Shown: positions 7,099-16,173 of the stretch, piece by piece | Layout: each line of letters begins with the position of its first letter | Position numbering within the stretch: position 1 is the first letter of the stretch | Assembly: GCA_026984355.1 (NCBI GenBank) | Contig: JALSSG010000195.1 | Span: 1-38,717, forward strand | Length of the DNA stretch: 38,717 nucleotides | Direction of reading: 5' to 3' | From: Hydrogenothermaceae bacterium | GTDB lineage: Bacteria > Aquificota > Aquificia > Aquificales > Hydrogenothermaceae | Notes under the pieces: generated by a model | Seen by the model: the letters and a program-made list of their open reading frames with translations, nothing else | What the model was told of the DNA's origin: nothing | Database searches by the model: none | Made by a program: the position numbers and the translations under genes

Positions 7099-7215
7099 GC
7101 CTTAACCTATGTTTATTCTTTCTATAAGAAAGTTTTAATATTCTAATTATCAAATGCATTCCATAATTGTAAAACTAAAAAAATAAAAATTTCAATATGT
7201 CAAAAAGGAATAAGG

Positions 7216-9231
7216 CTAACTTTTAGGTAGTTCTATAATAAAGTGTGCACCATTTGAAGACTTTACAGCTTTGATAGTTCCACTATGTAATTCTATTATT
7301 TCCTTTGCTATAGATAGTCCAAGACCACTACCTTTGGCTTTTTTTGAAAAATAAGGGGAAAAAACTTTTTCTAATTCTTCTTCTGGAATACCTGTACCAT
7401 TATCTGTAATATCAAGTACAACTTTATCATCATATTCATACACCTTTAGTTTTACCCATCGTTCCTTTTGTTTTTCTGTGGCTTCATAACTGTTTTGAAT
7501 TAAATTAGCAAGAGCCTGTCTAAGTAAGGTTCTATCACCTACAATTTTAACATCCTCATTTAAGTCAAGGTAAACCTTAAAATCAGATGTTTCATACCTA
7601 TCTTTTAGTTCTTTTAATAAATCACTTAAATTAAATGGTTCTTTTCTTAATTTATCCTGTATAGAAGCAAACTGGTTAAACTCTCTAACAAGATTGGATA
7701 AATAATCTACTTCTTTAAAAATTATATCTGTAGCTTTTTTTAATATCTCTGGAAAGTTGGGATTTTCTTTTTCATACTGTCTTATTATTCTTTCTGCTGA
7801 TAGTCTTATAGGAGTTAAAGGATTTTTTATTTCGTGTGCTATTCGCTGGGCTATTTCTTTCCATGCTAATATTTTTTCAGCATTAACAATATTTGTAATA
7901 TCGTCTATAACTAAAACATAACCTTTTTTTGTATTTTCTATTTTTGTTAATTTCATAAGGAGTATTTTTCCATTATATTTTACTTTTGCACCTTTCTTTA
8001 ATTCATCTAAGCTAAAACCAAGTTCTTTTATAAAATCTACTATATCTTTATTAATAACTTTACTTTTATCTATACCTAATATTTTAATTGCAGCACTATT
8101 TATTTTTTGAATTTTTCCTTCTTCATCTGAGAAGATTACACCTGTTTTGGCAGTTTCAAGTATCGTTTCTAAATATTGATTACTATAAGCTAGCTCTTTG
8201 TTTTTTATTTCTAACTGTTTATAAAGATTTTGTAATTGACTTACCATATGGTTAAATTCATCTATTAAGATTCCTATTTCGTCTTTAGATGATATATTCA
8301 CTCTTACGTTTAAATTACCTTTAGCAAGTTTTTTTGATGCTTCTGCAAGCTGTTCCAAAGGATACGTAAGATTTCTAACTATATAATGGCTAAACCATAT
8401 AGCTGCTAATATTATGAACATTGTGATTATTAACATTGTAAGGATATAACCAATTCTGATTGGATTTTTATAGTATCTAAATTGAGAGTATAGTTTTAGT
8501 ATTGATTTAACCTGCTTATTTTTCTTGGATAGAAAATCTGGTAGTTTTTTGTCTATTATTACAATATTCTGGTTTTTTTTCTTTAAGTATCTAAGGTAAG
8601 CTCTGTCATCTTTATAAAAGATTAGATACTTTTTCTCTAAAAGCCTTTTATAATCTATTGAAGCTATTTTTTGACCGTATATAGCTTTTTTTCCATTTTC
8701 TATAATAACAATAGAGTTTAAGTCAAAGTAAGTTAATAATTTGTCTGGTTGTATCTTTTCATTTAGAATAAGTTCTGCTATTGAATCTGCTATTTTGACG
8801 TACTCTTTTTTATTTTTTTCTAATATTTCATCTATTGTTTTTAAAGCTTCTTCAACTTTACCACTAAACCATATATTTGTAGCATTTGATATCAAACTTA
8901 TAGAAGCTATTGATATTATCATCGAAGGAATTATAACTAATGAAAGCAGTATAACAGTTAGTTTTTTCCTTAATTTTCCCCGAGATTTTCTTTCTTCAAA
9001 AAAAAGTTTGATAAAATATCTTAACGCTAAGGCAAGAATTGTAAGAAAAAATACTACATTTATATTAAGTATAATCAAAAATGCATAAGGATTATATATA
9101 CCTTCTTCTACCTTTGATAACTTGCCATATATATATACATTTCCAACAATAAATACGAACAAAACTATTAAGGCTATAAGTATATTTCTCTTTTTTTTAT
9201 GCCTTTTATTAGCCTGGTTTTCCAAAACCAT
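7216..9231 (-). CDS. NtrY-like membrane sensor histidine kinase (TM-HAMP-PAS-HisKA-HATPase)
   Basis: N-terminal TM segments. H-box IAHEIKNPLTPIRLSAE, N-box NLIQNSYEA, G-boxes DNGTGIP and GSGLGLSIA. Confidence 0.85.
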   Translation of the reverse strand: MVLENQANKRHKKKRNILIALIVLFVFIVGNVYIYGKLSKVEEGIYNPYAFLIILNINVVFFLTILALALRYFIKLFFEERKSRGKLRKKLTVILLSLVIIPSMIISIASISLISNATNIWFSGKVEEALKTIDEILEKNKKEYVKIADSIAELILNEKIQPDKLLTYFDLNSIVIIENGKKAIYGQKIASIDYKRLLEKKYLIFYKDDRAYLRYLKKKNQNIVIIDKKLPDFLSKKNKQVKSILKLYSQFRYYKNPIRIGYILTMLIITMFIILAAIWFSHYIVRNLTYPLEQLAEASKKLAKGNLNVRVNISSKDEIGILIDEFNHMVSQLQNLYKQLEIKNKELAYSNQYLETILETAKTGVIFSDEEGKIQKINSAAIKILGIDKSKVINKDIVDFIKELGFSLDELKKGAKVKYNGKILLMKLTKIENTKKGYVLVIDDITNIVNAEKILAWKEIAQRIAHEIKNPLTPIRLSAERIIRQYEKENPNFPEILKKATDIIFKEVDYLSNLVREFNQFASIQDKLRKEPFNLSDLLKELKDRYETSDFKVYLDLNEDVKIVGDRTLLRQALANLIQNSYEATEKQKERWVKLKVYEYDDKVVLDITDNGTGIPEEELEKVFSPYFSKKAKGSGLGLSIAKEIIELHSGTIKAVKSSNGAHFIIELPKS

Positions 9232-9236
9232 AAACC

Positions 9237-9998
9237 TTAAAGTTCTAATTCTCTAGGTGGTACACCTATATACTCTGCTTCTTTTTCTTCATCTAATCTT
9301 TTTGAAAATGGCTTTTCTAATGTATATTCCTCATAGGTATGAGCCACAAGTCCGGGTATTCTACCTACTATCCATAAACCTTCCCCTATTTTCCAGTCAA
9401 AGCCAAGCTCTGATGCTACAGCAGCTACAGCTCCATCTACATTTAAAATTAATTTTTTGCCTTTTTTCTTTTCTATTTCTTTTTCTATCTTTAATGCAAA
9501 ATCACAGTATTTTCCATAAAAACCAAGGTTTTTAGCAATGGAAAAAAGCTTTTGTGTTCTTGGGTCTCCTTCTTTATAGTATCTGTGTCCATATCCAGGT
9601 ATTCTCTTTTTTTCATTAAAAAATTTCTCTACCACTTCTTCAGGTTTTTTATCTATGTTTTCCTGTAAAAGTTTCATTGCATCTTCTAATGCTCCTCCAT
9701 GAACCTTGCCAAACGCAAGTACACCAGCACCAACTCCTACGTGTATAGGATTACCTCCACTTATAACAGCTCTTGCAGCAATTACAGAAGGTGGTGCTAT
9801 AGAATGCTCAATCATTGTTATAAGTATTGCATCCATCATTTTTGTTTTTCTTTCATCAGGTAGATTTCCAGTAAGGACAAGATATATAGCCTGAGAAAAT
9901 GTAAGGTTGCCTATAAGGTCTTTTAATTTGTAGCCTCTTACATATGCTTCTTTATCAAAATGCCAGCTTATAGCTGTTTTCCATTTTTTCTTCTCCAT
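9237..9998 (-). CDS. Short citrate-synthase-family protein, citryl-CoA-lyase-like
   Basis: 253 aa carrying the citrate synthase catalytic motifs VHGGALE, PGYGHRYYKEGDPR and NVDGA. The size matches the stand-alone CCL type. Confidence 0.7.
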   Translation of the reverse strand: MEKKKWKTAISWHFDKEAYVRGYKLKDLIGNLTFSQAIYLVLTGNLPDERKTKMMDAILITMIEHSIAPPSVIAARAVISGGNPIHVGVGAGVLAFGKVHGGALEDAMKLLQENIDKKPEEVVEKFFNEKKRIPGYGHRYYKEGDPRTQKLFSIAKNLGFYGKYCDFALKIEKEIEKKKGKKLILNVDGAVAAVASELGFDWKIGEGLWIVGRIPGLVAHTYEEYTLEKPFSKRLDEEKEAEYIGVPPRELEL

Positions 9999-10005
9999 AT
10001 CAACC

Positions 10006-12102
10006 TCACATAAATAATTTTCCTACGTTATATATGATAAAGGCTATAGACCATGCAAGAACGAAACTGTATCCAAGAAATAAAAGTGCATATTTTTTTC
10101 CAATCTCTTGTATCATAACAGCAACAGTAGCTACACATGATGTGTATATAAGAAGTAGTATCATATAAGACAATGCTGACAATGGGGTAAAATGTGCTTT
10201 AACTACATTCCTTAATGTTTCAAACTCTTCATTTGCCACTTCAAAAGCTTTTATCTTTATAGAAAAAACAGAAAAGGTAGCATCTTTTATTGATATAAAT
10301 AGTTTTTTTGTTTGATTTATAATCTCTTCTTTAAAATTGAAATTTTCTGATTTTATTTCTTCTTTTACTTCTGCATAATACATAGTACCAAGGGCACTTA
10401 AAGCTATTTCTCTTGCTAAAAAAGCAGGGATTAAAGAAGCAGTTGCTCTCCAATCATCAATACCTATTGGTTCAAAAACAGGAACTAATACCTGTCCTAT
10501 CTTTGCTGCATAACTTTGAGATTGGTCTTTTATATTAGGAGGAAGATTTAAAAGACCCCATACAATTATAGATATTGCAAATATGACTGTTCCAGCTCTA
10601 TATATAAATCCTTTAGTGTGTATCCACGTAACAGACAAAAGAGCTTTTAGTGTTGGTATTCTATATGGTGGTAATTCTAAAGCAAAGTGAGTTAGTTTTC
10701 CCTTGAAGGTAGTTTTTTTAAGGAAAAAGGCTGTAATAAGACCAACTATGATACCAAGCAAGTAAAGAGCCATTATAATTATTACAGGATTATCAAAGAA
10801 AACTGATGCAAAAAAAGCAAAAACTATCAGTCTTGCAGGACATGTCATAAAAGGTATCATCATAATAACTATAAATTTATCTCTTTTATCCTCTATAACT
10901 CTTGTTGCCATTATAGCTGGAACATTACATCCAAATCCAAGCATGAGGGGTATAACCATACTTCCATGAAGACCAAGCTTTTCCATAAATCTATCCATTA
11001 AAACAGCTATTCTTGGAAGATATCCAGACATTTCAAGAAAGGTCATTAAAAAAAACAATACAGCTATTAAAGGGACAAAAGTAAGTACAAATCCAACTCC
11101 ACCTATAACAGCTTCGGTGAAAAAGTTTATAATCAAATCTGAAGCATTTAATGTTTTTAAAATATTAACCAAAATCGGGGATAAAAACTCTACAAGAAAA
11201 CCATCTAACCAGTCCATTAATGGAGATGAAAAATCAAATGCTACTTTAAATAATAAAAACATAATAAAAACGTATATTCCAATGCCTATATATGGGTGAA
11301 GTAAAAATGTATCTAATAACTCTGTAATATCATACTTTTGTTCCTTTTCCTTTTTTACTACCTCCTTTGTAACACCATGGGCAAAACCAAATCTTTCGTC
11401 TTTTATAATATCCTCTAAACTCTCACCGTAAAATCGCTCAAGTTCTCTTCTTAATTCTTCTATTTTATTATTTAAATCTCTATCTTTTACACCATACAGT
11501 AAGATTTTTATAGCTTCATGTTTTGTAAGTTTCTTATTTAATAGTTTAGATAGTCTTGATATTATTTCTTCTATTTTCTGTTCGTACTTTATAGAAGGTA
11601 TCTGTTGCTTTTCATATACTTGTATAATTGCATCTAAAACCTTATCTACTCCTTCACCTTTTCTGGCTATTGTTTTTACAGCTTTTATATTTAGTATTTC
11701 TTCAAGAAATGGAATATTAATACTTATTCCTTTTCTTTGTGCTTCATCATATATGTTTAAAACTATAACTGTAGGTTTTTCAAATTCAAGTAGCTGGGTA
11801 GTTAGAAAAAAATTCTTTTCAAAATTTTGAGTATCTATTACATCTAAAATAACATCTATCTTTTCATTTTCTAAAAAATTTATAGCGACTTCTTCTGCTT
11901 CTGAAAGTGGTTCTAATGTATAAATACCTGGTAAATCTACTATGTGAATTAAATAATCTTTATACTTTATCGTAGCTTCCTTTTTTTCTACTGTAACTCC
12001 CGGCCAATTTCCTACTTTTAAATCTGTACCTGCAAGTAGATTTAAAAGAGTTGTCTTACCTACATTAGGATTTCCAATAAGAGCTACTGTTATCTCTTTC
12101 AT
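10006..12102 (-). CDS. feoB: Ferrous iron transporter FeoB
   Basis: N-terminal G-domain (GNPNVGKTTLLN, DLPG) followed by a polytopic permease domain. Confidence 0.92.
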   Translation of the reverse strand: MKEITVALIGNPNVGKTTLLNLLAGTDLKVGNWPGVTVEKKEATIKYKDYLIHIVDLPGIYTLEPLSEAEEVAINFLENEKIDVILDVIDTQNFEKNFFLTTQLLEFEKPTVIVLNIYDEAQRKGISINIPFLEEILNIKAVKTIARKGEGVDKVLDAIIQVYEKQQIPSIKYEQKIEEIISRLSKLLNKKLTKHEAIKILLYGVKDRDLNNKIEELRRELERFYGESLEDIIKDERFGFAHGVTKEVVKKEKEQKYDITELLDTFLLHPYIGIGIYVFIMFLLFKVAFDFSSPLMDWLDGFLVEFLSPILVNILKTLNASDLIINFFTEAVIGGVGFVLTFVPLIAVLFFLMTFLEMSGYLPRIAVLMDRFMEKLGLHGSMVIPLMLGFGCNVPAIMATRVIEDKRDKFIVIMMIPFMTCPARLIVFAFFASVFFDNPVIIIMALYLLGIIVGLITAFFLKKTTFKGKLTHFALELPPYRIPTLKALLSVTWIHTKGFIYRAGTVIFAISIIVWGLLNLPPNIKDQSQSYAAKIGQVLVPVFEPIGIDDWRATASLIPAFLAREIALSALGTMYYAEVKEEIKSENFNFKEEIINQTKKLFISIKDATFSVFSIKIKAFEVANEEFETLRNVVKAHFTPLSALSYMILLLIYTSCVATVAVMIQEIGKKYALLFLGYSFVLAWSIAFIIYNVGKLFM

Positions 12103-12314
12103 TCCACTTCTATCTCCTTAGCAAGTTCTTCATCAATTACCATTTTTCTTCCTTCAACACTTATTACAAGATTTCTTCCTACTTTAGATAAAACTTTTAC
12201 TTTCTCGCCTTTTTTTAACCCCATAGCTTCAACTTTTTTTAAAAATGGGTTATCAATATTTGGTATTTTTTTTACTATTACTTCTTTATTTTCTGGTACT
12301 TCTAATATTTTCAT
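12099..12314 (-). CDS. feoA: FeoA family protein
   Basis: 71 aa with a 4-nt ATGA overlap onto feoB and an FeoA-like sequence (GLKKGEKVKVL). Confidence 0.85.
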   Translation of the reverse strand: MKILEVPENKEVIVKKIPNIDNPFLKKVEAMGLKKGEKVKVLSKVGRNLVISVEGRKMVIDEELAKEIEVE

Positions 12315-12350
12315 CCTTTCTCCATCTTTTACTAAGATTTAATCTCAACT

Positions 12351-12384
12351 AAATTAATGAATTATAACTTATATGCATTATTAA
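12351..12384 (-). promoter_or_regulatory. Weak Fur-box-like AT-rich element upstream of feoA
   Basis: Minus strand reads TAATAATGCATATAAGTTATAATTCATTAATTT. It matches the GATAATGATAATCATTATC consensus only partially (about 11/19 by eye). Confidence 0.2.
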
Positions 12385-12403
12385 TACTAATTCAAGCTAA
12401 AAG

Positions 12404-13939
12404 TTAAGTTAAATACTTAGAAAGATTTTCTTTTATATCTCTTAAGAAAGATTCTTTAAATTTTTGAGAGTATATAGCAACATAAACTAGTGTTTTTCCT
12501 TCTTTTTCTTCAAGTTTTATCCATACTCTCCTATGAATTGTATAAAATGCGAGCATTGTGCCAAAAACTACTATAATTGTTCCAAGCCATATAAGGTTTG
12601 TACCTGGAAAATTACTTATCTGTAATCCAGAAAAGTACCTTGGCTCAAATTCTTCAATCATTATCAAGTATGGAAATCCATGTTTATAACCAAACTGATT
12701 AAATGCTGGAATAGCTACATTTGGGTCTGCCAGTATAGGTAAATTAAATTCTTTGCCATTATATTTAACTCTAACCACTATAACTGGGTCATATATATCC
12801 TGATTAACTAACATAGGATTTTTGTAATTTAGAGTTTGGTTTATAACCTGCAAAGGTATTCCTTCTACTTTTATTACTCTTTCTCCAAAAGAGTAATTTA
12901 CACGAGGTGCCTGTGAAAATAGAATAATAGACTGTGTTTCTAATTCTTTCATTAGTTTTTGTAATTTTTCTTTTTCCTCTGGTGTCTTTGCTTCTTCAAG
13001 CTGTTTGTTTACATGGGATATAGCTTTCATAATATCTAACATTTTGTTATAGTCTACTACTATAAGTTTTGCTCTTTTTATTTCACCTGTTTTTCCATAT
13101 GAAGCCTGAAAAATTCTATAACCTCCATAAACCATAGGATGATTTACTTTTATAACCTTTTTTTCTACTAATTTTCCTTCTTTCCATATCTCTATTTCAC
13201 TGTTAAAAGACTTTACTGCACCTTTAAACTTTTCACTATCATAGAAATCTAGCCAGAATTTATTTACCTTTATAGTAAATGGAAGCTCCACAACTTCATT
13301 TCCTGGCTGTAGAGAACCTTCTCTAAATTTGTAGAAAATGTTTGCTGCCTCTCCTTCTGCAATCTCTACCTGTCCTCTAATACCAAAATAAGAACCCATA
13401 AAAGCTCCTACCAAGAAAACGATTATACCTATATGAGTCACCAACATTCCAAGCCTTGATACCTTTCCCTTTTCTGCAAACAGATATACAGCATTATCCT
13501 CCTCTATCTTGTCTACACTTTTAAAACCTTTATCACCAAGGAAAGTAAGAACTTTTTCTAAGACTTCTCTGATAGGCTTGTTTACTTCAAACTTTAATGT
13601 TGTTTTTTTCTTTAAAATTTTTTCTGAGAGTTTCTTATTTACTTTACCGTAAGCTGAAAGAAATATCCTTGGAAATCTATCAATGGTAGCAAATATTACA
13701 GATATACCAACAATAACCATAAGAAGTTGATAATACCACGCGTGAAATATTTTATCTAACCACAACATCCATATAATTTTTGCTGCTGTTTCACCGTATT
13801 CTCTTACATATGTAAAGTAAGTTTCTCCCTGTTTTATATATGTAGAACCTATTACAGTTAAGATAGCAAGAATAATAAGTGCAAATACTCCAAGCTTTGG
13901 ACTTCCAAGTATCTTAATAGTTTTATTTATTAGACTCAA
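12404..13939 (-). CDS. resB: ResB/Ccs1-family cytochrome c biogenesis protein
   Basis: N-terminal TMs with a conserved His (FHAWYY), a large soluble loop, and a C-terminal TM. Confidence 0.75.
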   Translation of the reverse strand: MSLINKTIKILGSPKLGVFALIILAILTVIGSTYIKQGETYFTYVREYGETAAKIIWMLWLDKIFHAWYYQLLMVIVGISVIFATIDRFPRIFLSAYGKVNKKLSEKILKKKTTLKFEVNKPIREVLEKVLTFLGDKGFKSVDKIEEDNAVYLFAEKGKVSRLGMLVTHIGIIVFLVGAFMGSYFGIRGQVEIAEGEAANIFYKFREGSLQPGNEVVELPFTIKVNKFWLDFYDSEKFKGAVKSFNSEIEIWKEGKLVEKKVIKVNHPMVYGGYRIFQASYGKTGEIKRAKLIVVDYNKMLDIMKAISHVNKQLEEAKTPEEKEKLQKLMKELETQSIILFSQAPRVNYSFGERVIKVEGIPLQVINQTLNYKNPMLVNQDIYDPVIVVRVKYNGKEFNLPILADPNVAIPAFNQFGYKHGFPYLIMIEEFEPRYFSGLQISNFPGTNLIWLGTIIVVFGTMLAFYTIHRRVWIKLEEKEGKTLVYVAIYSQKFKESFLRDIKENLSKYLT

Positions 13940-14225
13940 TATTTTCCTCCACTTTTATATTCATAACCTCTTTATATTTATCTATTACTGCTCTTCTAAT
14001 TTTTTCATAACTTTGATTAGACAAAGGTTCTATTATATTTATAAAATTTCCCTTAGAACTCCTTTTTTTAGGAAAAGATATAAAAAGTCCTCCATGTTTT
14101 GACTCTACTACCTTTATACCTTTTATTAATATTTCATCATTTATAACTATATCTGCTACTGCTCTAACTCTGCCACCAATATTTCCTGTATCAAAAGGAT
14201 ATATAGTTACCTGTGTTATTTCCAT
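13923..14225 (-). CDS. spoVG: SpoVG family protein
   Basis: MEITQVTIYPF...GRVRAVADIVINDEILIKGIKVVESKHGGLFISFP is a typical SpoVG sequence. Confidence 0.88.
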   Translation of the reverse strand: MEITQVTIYPFDTGNIGGRVRAVADIVINDEILIKGIKVVESKHGGLFISFPKKRSSKGNFINIIEPLSNQSYEKIRRAVIDKYKEVMNIKVEENIESNK

Positions 14226-14256
14226 GACAAAAAAATATATGCTCCTTATGCAATTT

Positions 14257-15231
14257 TTAAATAGTTAGCTTTTTTGTAAGTTCAAAAATTTCTAAATCTG
14301 GCTTTTTTATTTTTCCAAAGGATATATCCAAAGGCTTTGTTTTTATCTGCCCCTTTTCATATGAAACCATAAAGTTTTTTTCACCTTTTAAATATTTTTC
14401 TATAGCAAAAGCTCCAAATCTTGAAGCTATTATTCTGTCAAAAGCTGTTGGAGAACCACCTCTCTGGATATGACCAAGAACAGAGTATCTTATACCTCCT
14501 ATTGAATAGTTTTTTAGTTTTTCTTCTAAAATTGGTACAAGGTCTTGAGCTTTTGCTACTCCTTCTGCCAGTATAATAATAGAAAATGTTTTTCCTTTTT
14601 TATAAGAATCTATAAGTTTTTCTATTACCAAATGTAGAGGAAAAGGATATTCAGGAATAAGCGTAATATCTGCACCTGTAGCTATACCAACATCAAGAGC
14701 TATAAAACCACTGTCCCTTCCCATTACTTCAACAACAAATATTCTTTCATGAGATATTGTTGTATCTCTTATCTTATCAACTGCTTCAACAGCATTATTA
14801 ACAGCAGTATCAAATCCTATAGTATAATCTGTCCCATATAAATCATTATCTATAGTTTTAGGAATACCTATCACGTTTATAGGAAATTCTTTAGCAAAGA
14901 TATTTGCAGCAGTAAAAGAACCATTTCCACCAATAACGATTAATGTATCAGTACCTAAATCTTTTAGATTTTCATAAGCCTTTTTCCTATATTCAGGAAT
15001 TTTGAATCTTGGTTCTCGAGAGGAATGTAGAATTGTTCCACCTTTATTGATTATTCCACCTACAGACCGAGGATTTAAAAGACAATAATCCTTTTCTATT
15101 AGTCCTTTATACCCTCTTTTTATACCTATAACAGAAATATTATGAAAATAGGCTGTCCTAACGACAGCCCTTATGCAAGCATTTAACCCCGGAGCATCTC
15201 CACCACTGGTTAAAACAGCTATTTTTTTCAT
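14257..15231 (-). CDS. pfkA: ATP-dependent 6-phosphofructokinase
   Basis: Motifs GGDAPGLNA, IGGNGS, PKTIDND, MGRDSG. Confidence 0.92.
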   Translation of the reverse strand: MKKIAVLTSGGDAPGLNACIRAVVRTAYFHNISVIGIKRGYKGLIEKDYCLLNPRSVGGIINKGGTILHSSREPRFKIPEYRKKAYENLKDLGTDTLIVIGGNGSFTAANIFAKEFPINVIGIPKTIDNDLYGTDYTIGFDTAVNNAVEAVDKIRDTTISHERIFVVEVMGRDSGFIALDVGIATGADITLIPEYPFPLHLVIEKLIDSYKKGKTFSIIILAEGVAKAQDLVPILEEKLKNYSIGGIRYSVLGHIQRGGSPTAFDRIIASRFGAFAIEKYLKGEKNFMVSYEKGQIKTKPLDISFGKIKKPDLEIFELTKKLTI

Positions 15232-15515
15232 TCTTCATGCATATAACAGTGAGCCTTTGTTACAGCAAACTCTGGATATATATCACCTGTTTTTTTATCA
15301 ACAAAAATATTTCTTACTGTAACACCTATATCTTCATAACCTTCAAGGTATAGCTCACCTATATAGTATTTATCATTTTCACAAACGTGTATTTTTGATA
15401 CATAGTTAGAACCAGAAGCGTACTCTTTTATAAGTTTTTCTGCCTCTGATTTTGATATAGCAAAGCTAGAAGTTGAAATAGAAACAGCTAGCATAAATGC
15501 AAGTAATTTTTTCAT
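15228..15515 (-). CDS. Small secreted protein of unknown function
   Basis: Signal peptide MKKLLAFMLAVSISTSSFA. Two Cys, and a C-terminus reading AHCYMHEE. ATGA overlap with pfkA. Confidence 0.6.
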   Translation of the reverse strand: MKKLLAFMLAVSISTSSFAISKSEAEKLIKEYASGSNYVSKIHVCENDKYYIGELYLEGYEDIGVTVRNIFVDKKTGDIYPEFAVTKAHCYMHEE

Positions 15516-15541
15516 AGAAAAAAACCTCCTAAATTTTATTA

Positions 15542-15937
15542 TTATTTCGCAAGTTCCTGTACTATATCTTTTATAATTTTATCTACCTCATTTGCTATAT
15601 CTGATATGCTTTCTCCGAAAACCTGTGACATAGAAGAAGGTTCCATAGTTGAAATTACTGTTTTACCACCTTTTGTATATATAGCCACTCTACACGGCAG
15701 AAAACAAGCAACCTTACTTTCCTTTGTAAGTGCCTGCTTTGCATAAGATGGATTACATATTTCAAAAATGTAAACTTCTTCTTCTATTGGATGTCCTTTT
15801 TCTTCTAAAAGCTTATGAACATTATATGAGTGTAAAGTACCAAACCCTTTTTCCTTAGCTTTTTCTTCAAAAATATTAACAATTTCTTCAGGTTTTTTTG
15901 TTGTTTCTATTTCGTAAATCATCTTGCTCACCTCCAT
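15542..15937 (-). CDS. DUF302-domain protein
   Basis: GFGTLHSYNVHKLL...FLPCRVAIYTKGGKTVIS matches the DUF302 pattern. An alternative start at 15922 (MIYEI) has GGAGGTGA upstream. Confidence 0.7.
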   Translation of the reverse strand: MEVSKMIYEIETTKKPEEIVNIFEEKAKEKGFGTLHSYNVHKLLEEKGHPIEEEVYIFEICNPSYAKQALTKESKVACFLPCRVAIYTKGGKTVISTMEPSSMSQVFGESISDIANEVDKIIKDIVQELAK

Positions 15938-16017
15938 ATCAACACCTTATTAACTAGATAATATTCTATATTATAATAACTTTTATTTAATCATTTTTTT
16001 GTTTTTCAGGAGGAATC

Positions 16018-16173
16018 ATGGAAACTGAAAGCACATGGTTTGAGCTTGCAGGAATTATATTCTTTACATTCATGGTAGTAACTGTAGGTCTTTTATGGGC
16101 TTTATCCATTAAAGCAAGTTATAACGAAGAAAAGAAAAAACAAAACGAAAAATCTTTGCAGGAGAAAAAATGA
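16018..16173 (+). CDS. 51-aa single-pass membrane microprotein (not in ORF track)
   Basis: An AGGAGGA RBS lies 4 nt upstream. Translation: METESTWFELAGIIFFTFMVVTVGLLWALSIKASYNEEKKKQNEKSLQEKK. Its TGA overlaps the next ATG as ATGA (16170-16173). Confidence 0.5.
   Translation: METESTWFELAGIIFFTFMVVTVGLLWALSIKASYNEEKKKQNEKSLQEKK

Noticed and set aside
6911-7159. An 82-aa minus-strand ORF across the rhodanese leader, and the 38-aa N-terminal extension of the rhodanese ORF (6915-7028).
   Set aside because: Neither has an RBS, both have low-complexity basic sequence, and they overlap the predicted promoter/leader. The ATG at 6914 gives a canonical signal peptide.
8741-9894. Antisense ORFs inside the kinase and citrate-synthase-like genes (8741-9088, 9257-9535, 9706-9894).
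   Set aside because: They are shadow frames with no motifs or translation signals.
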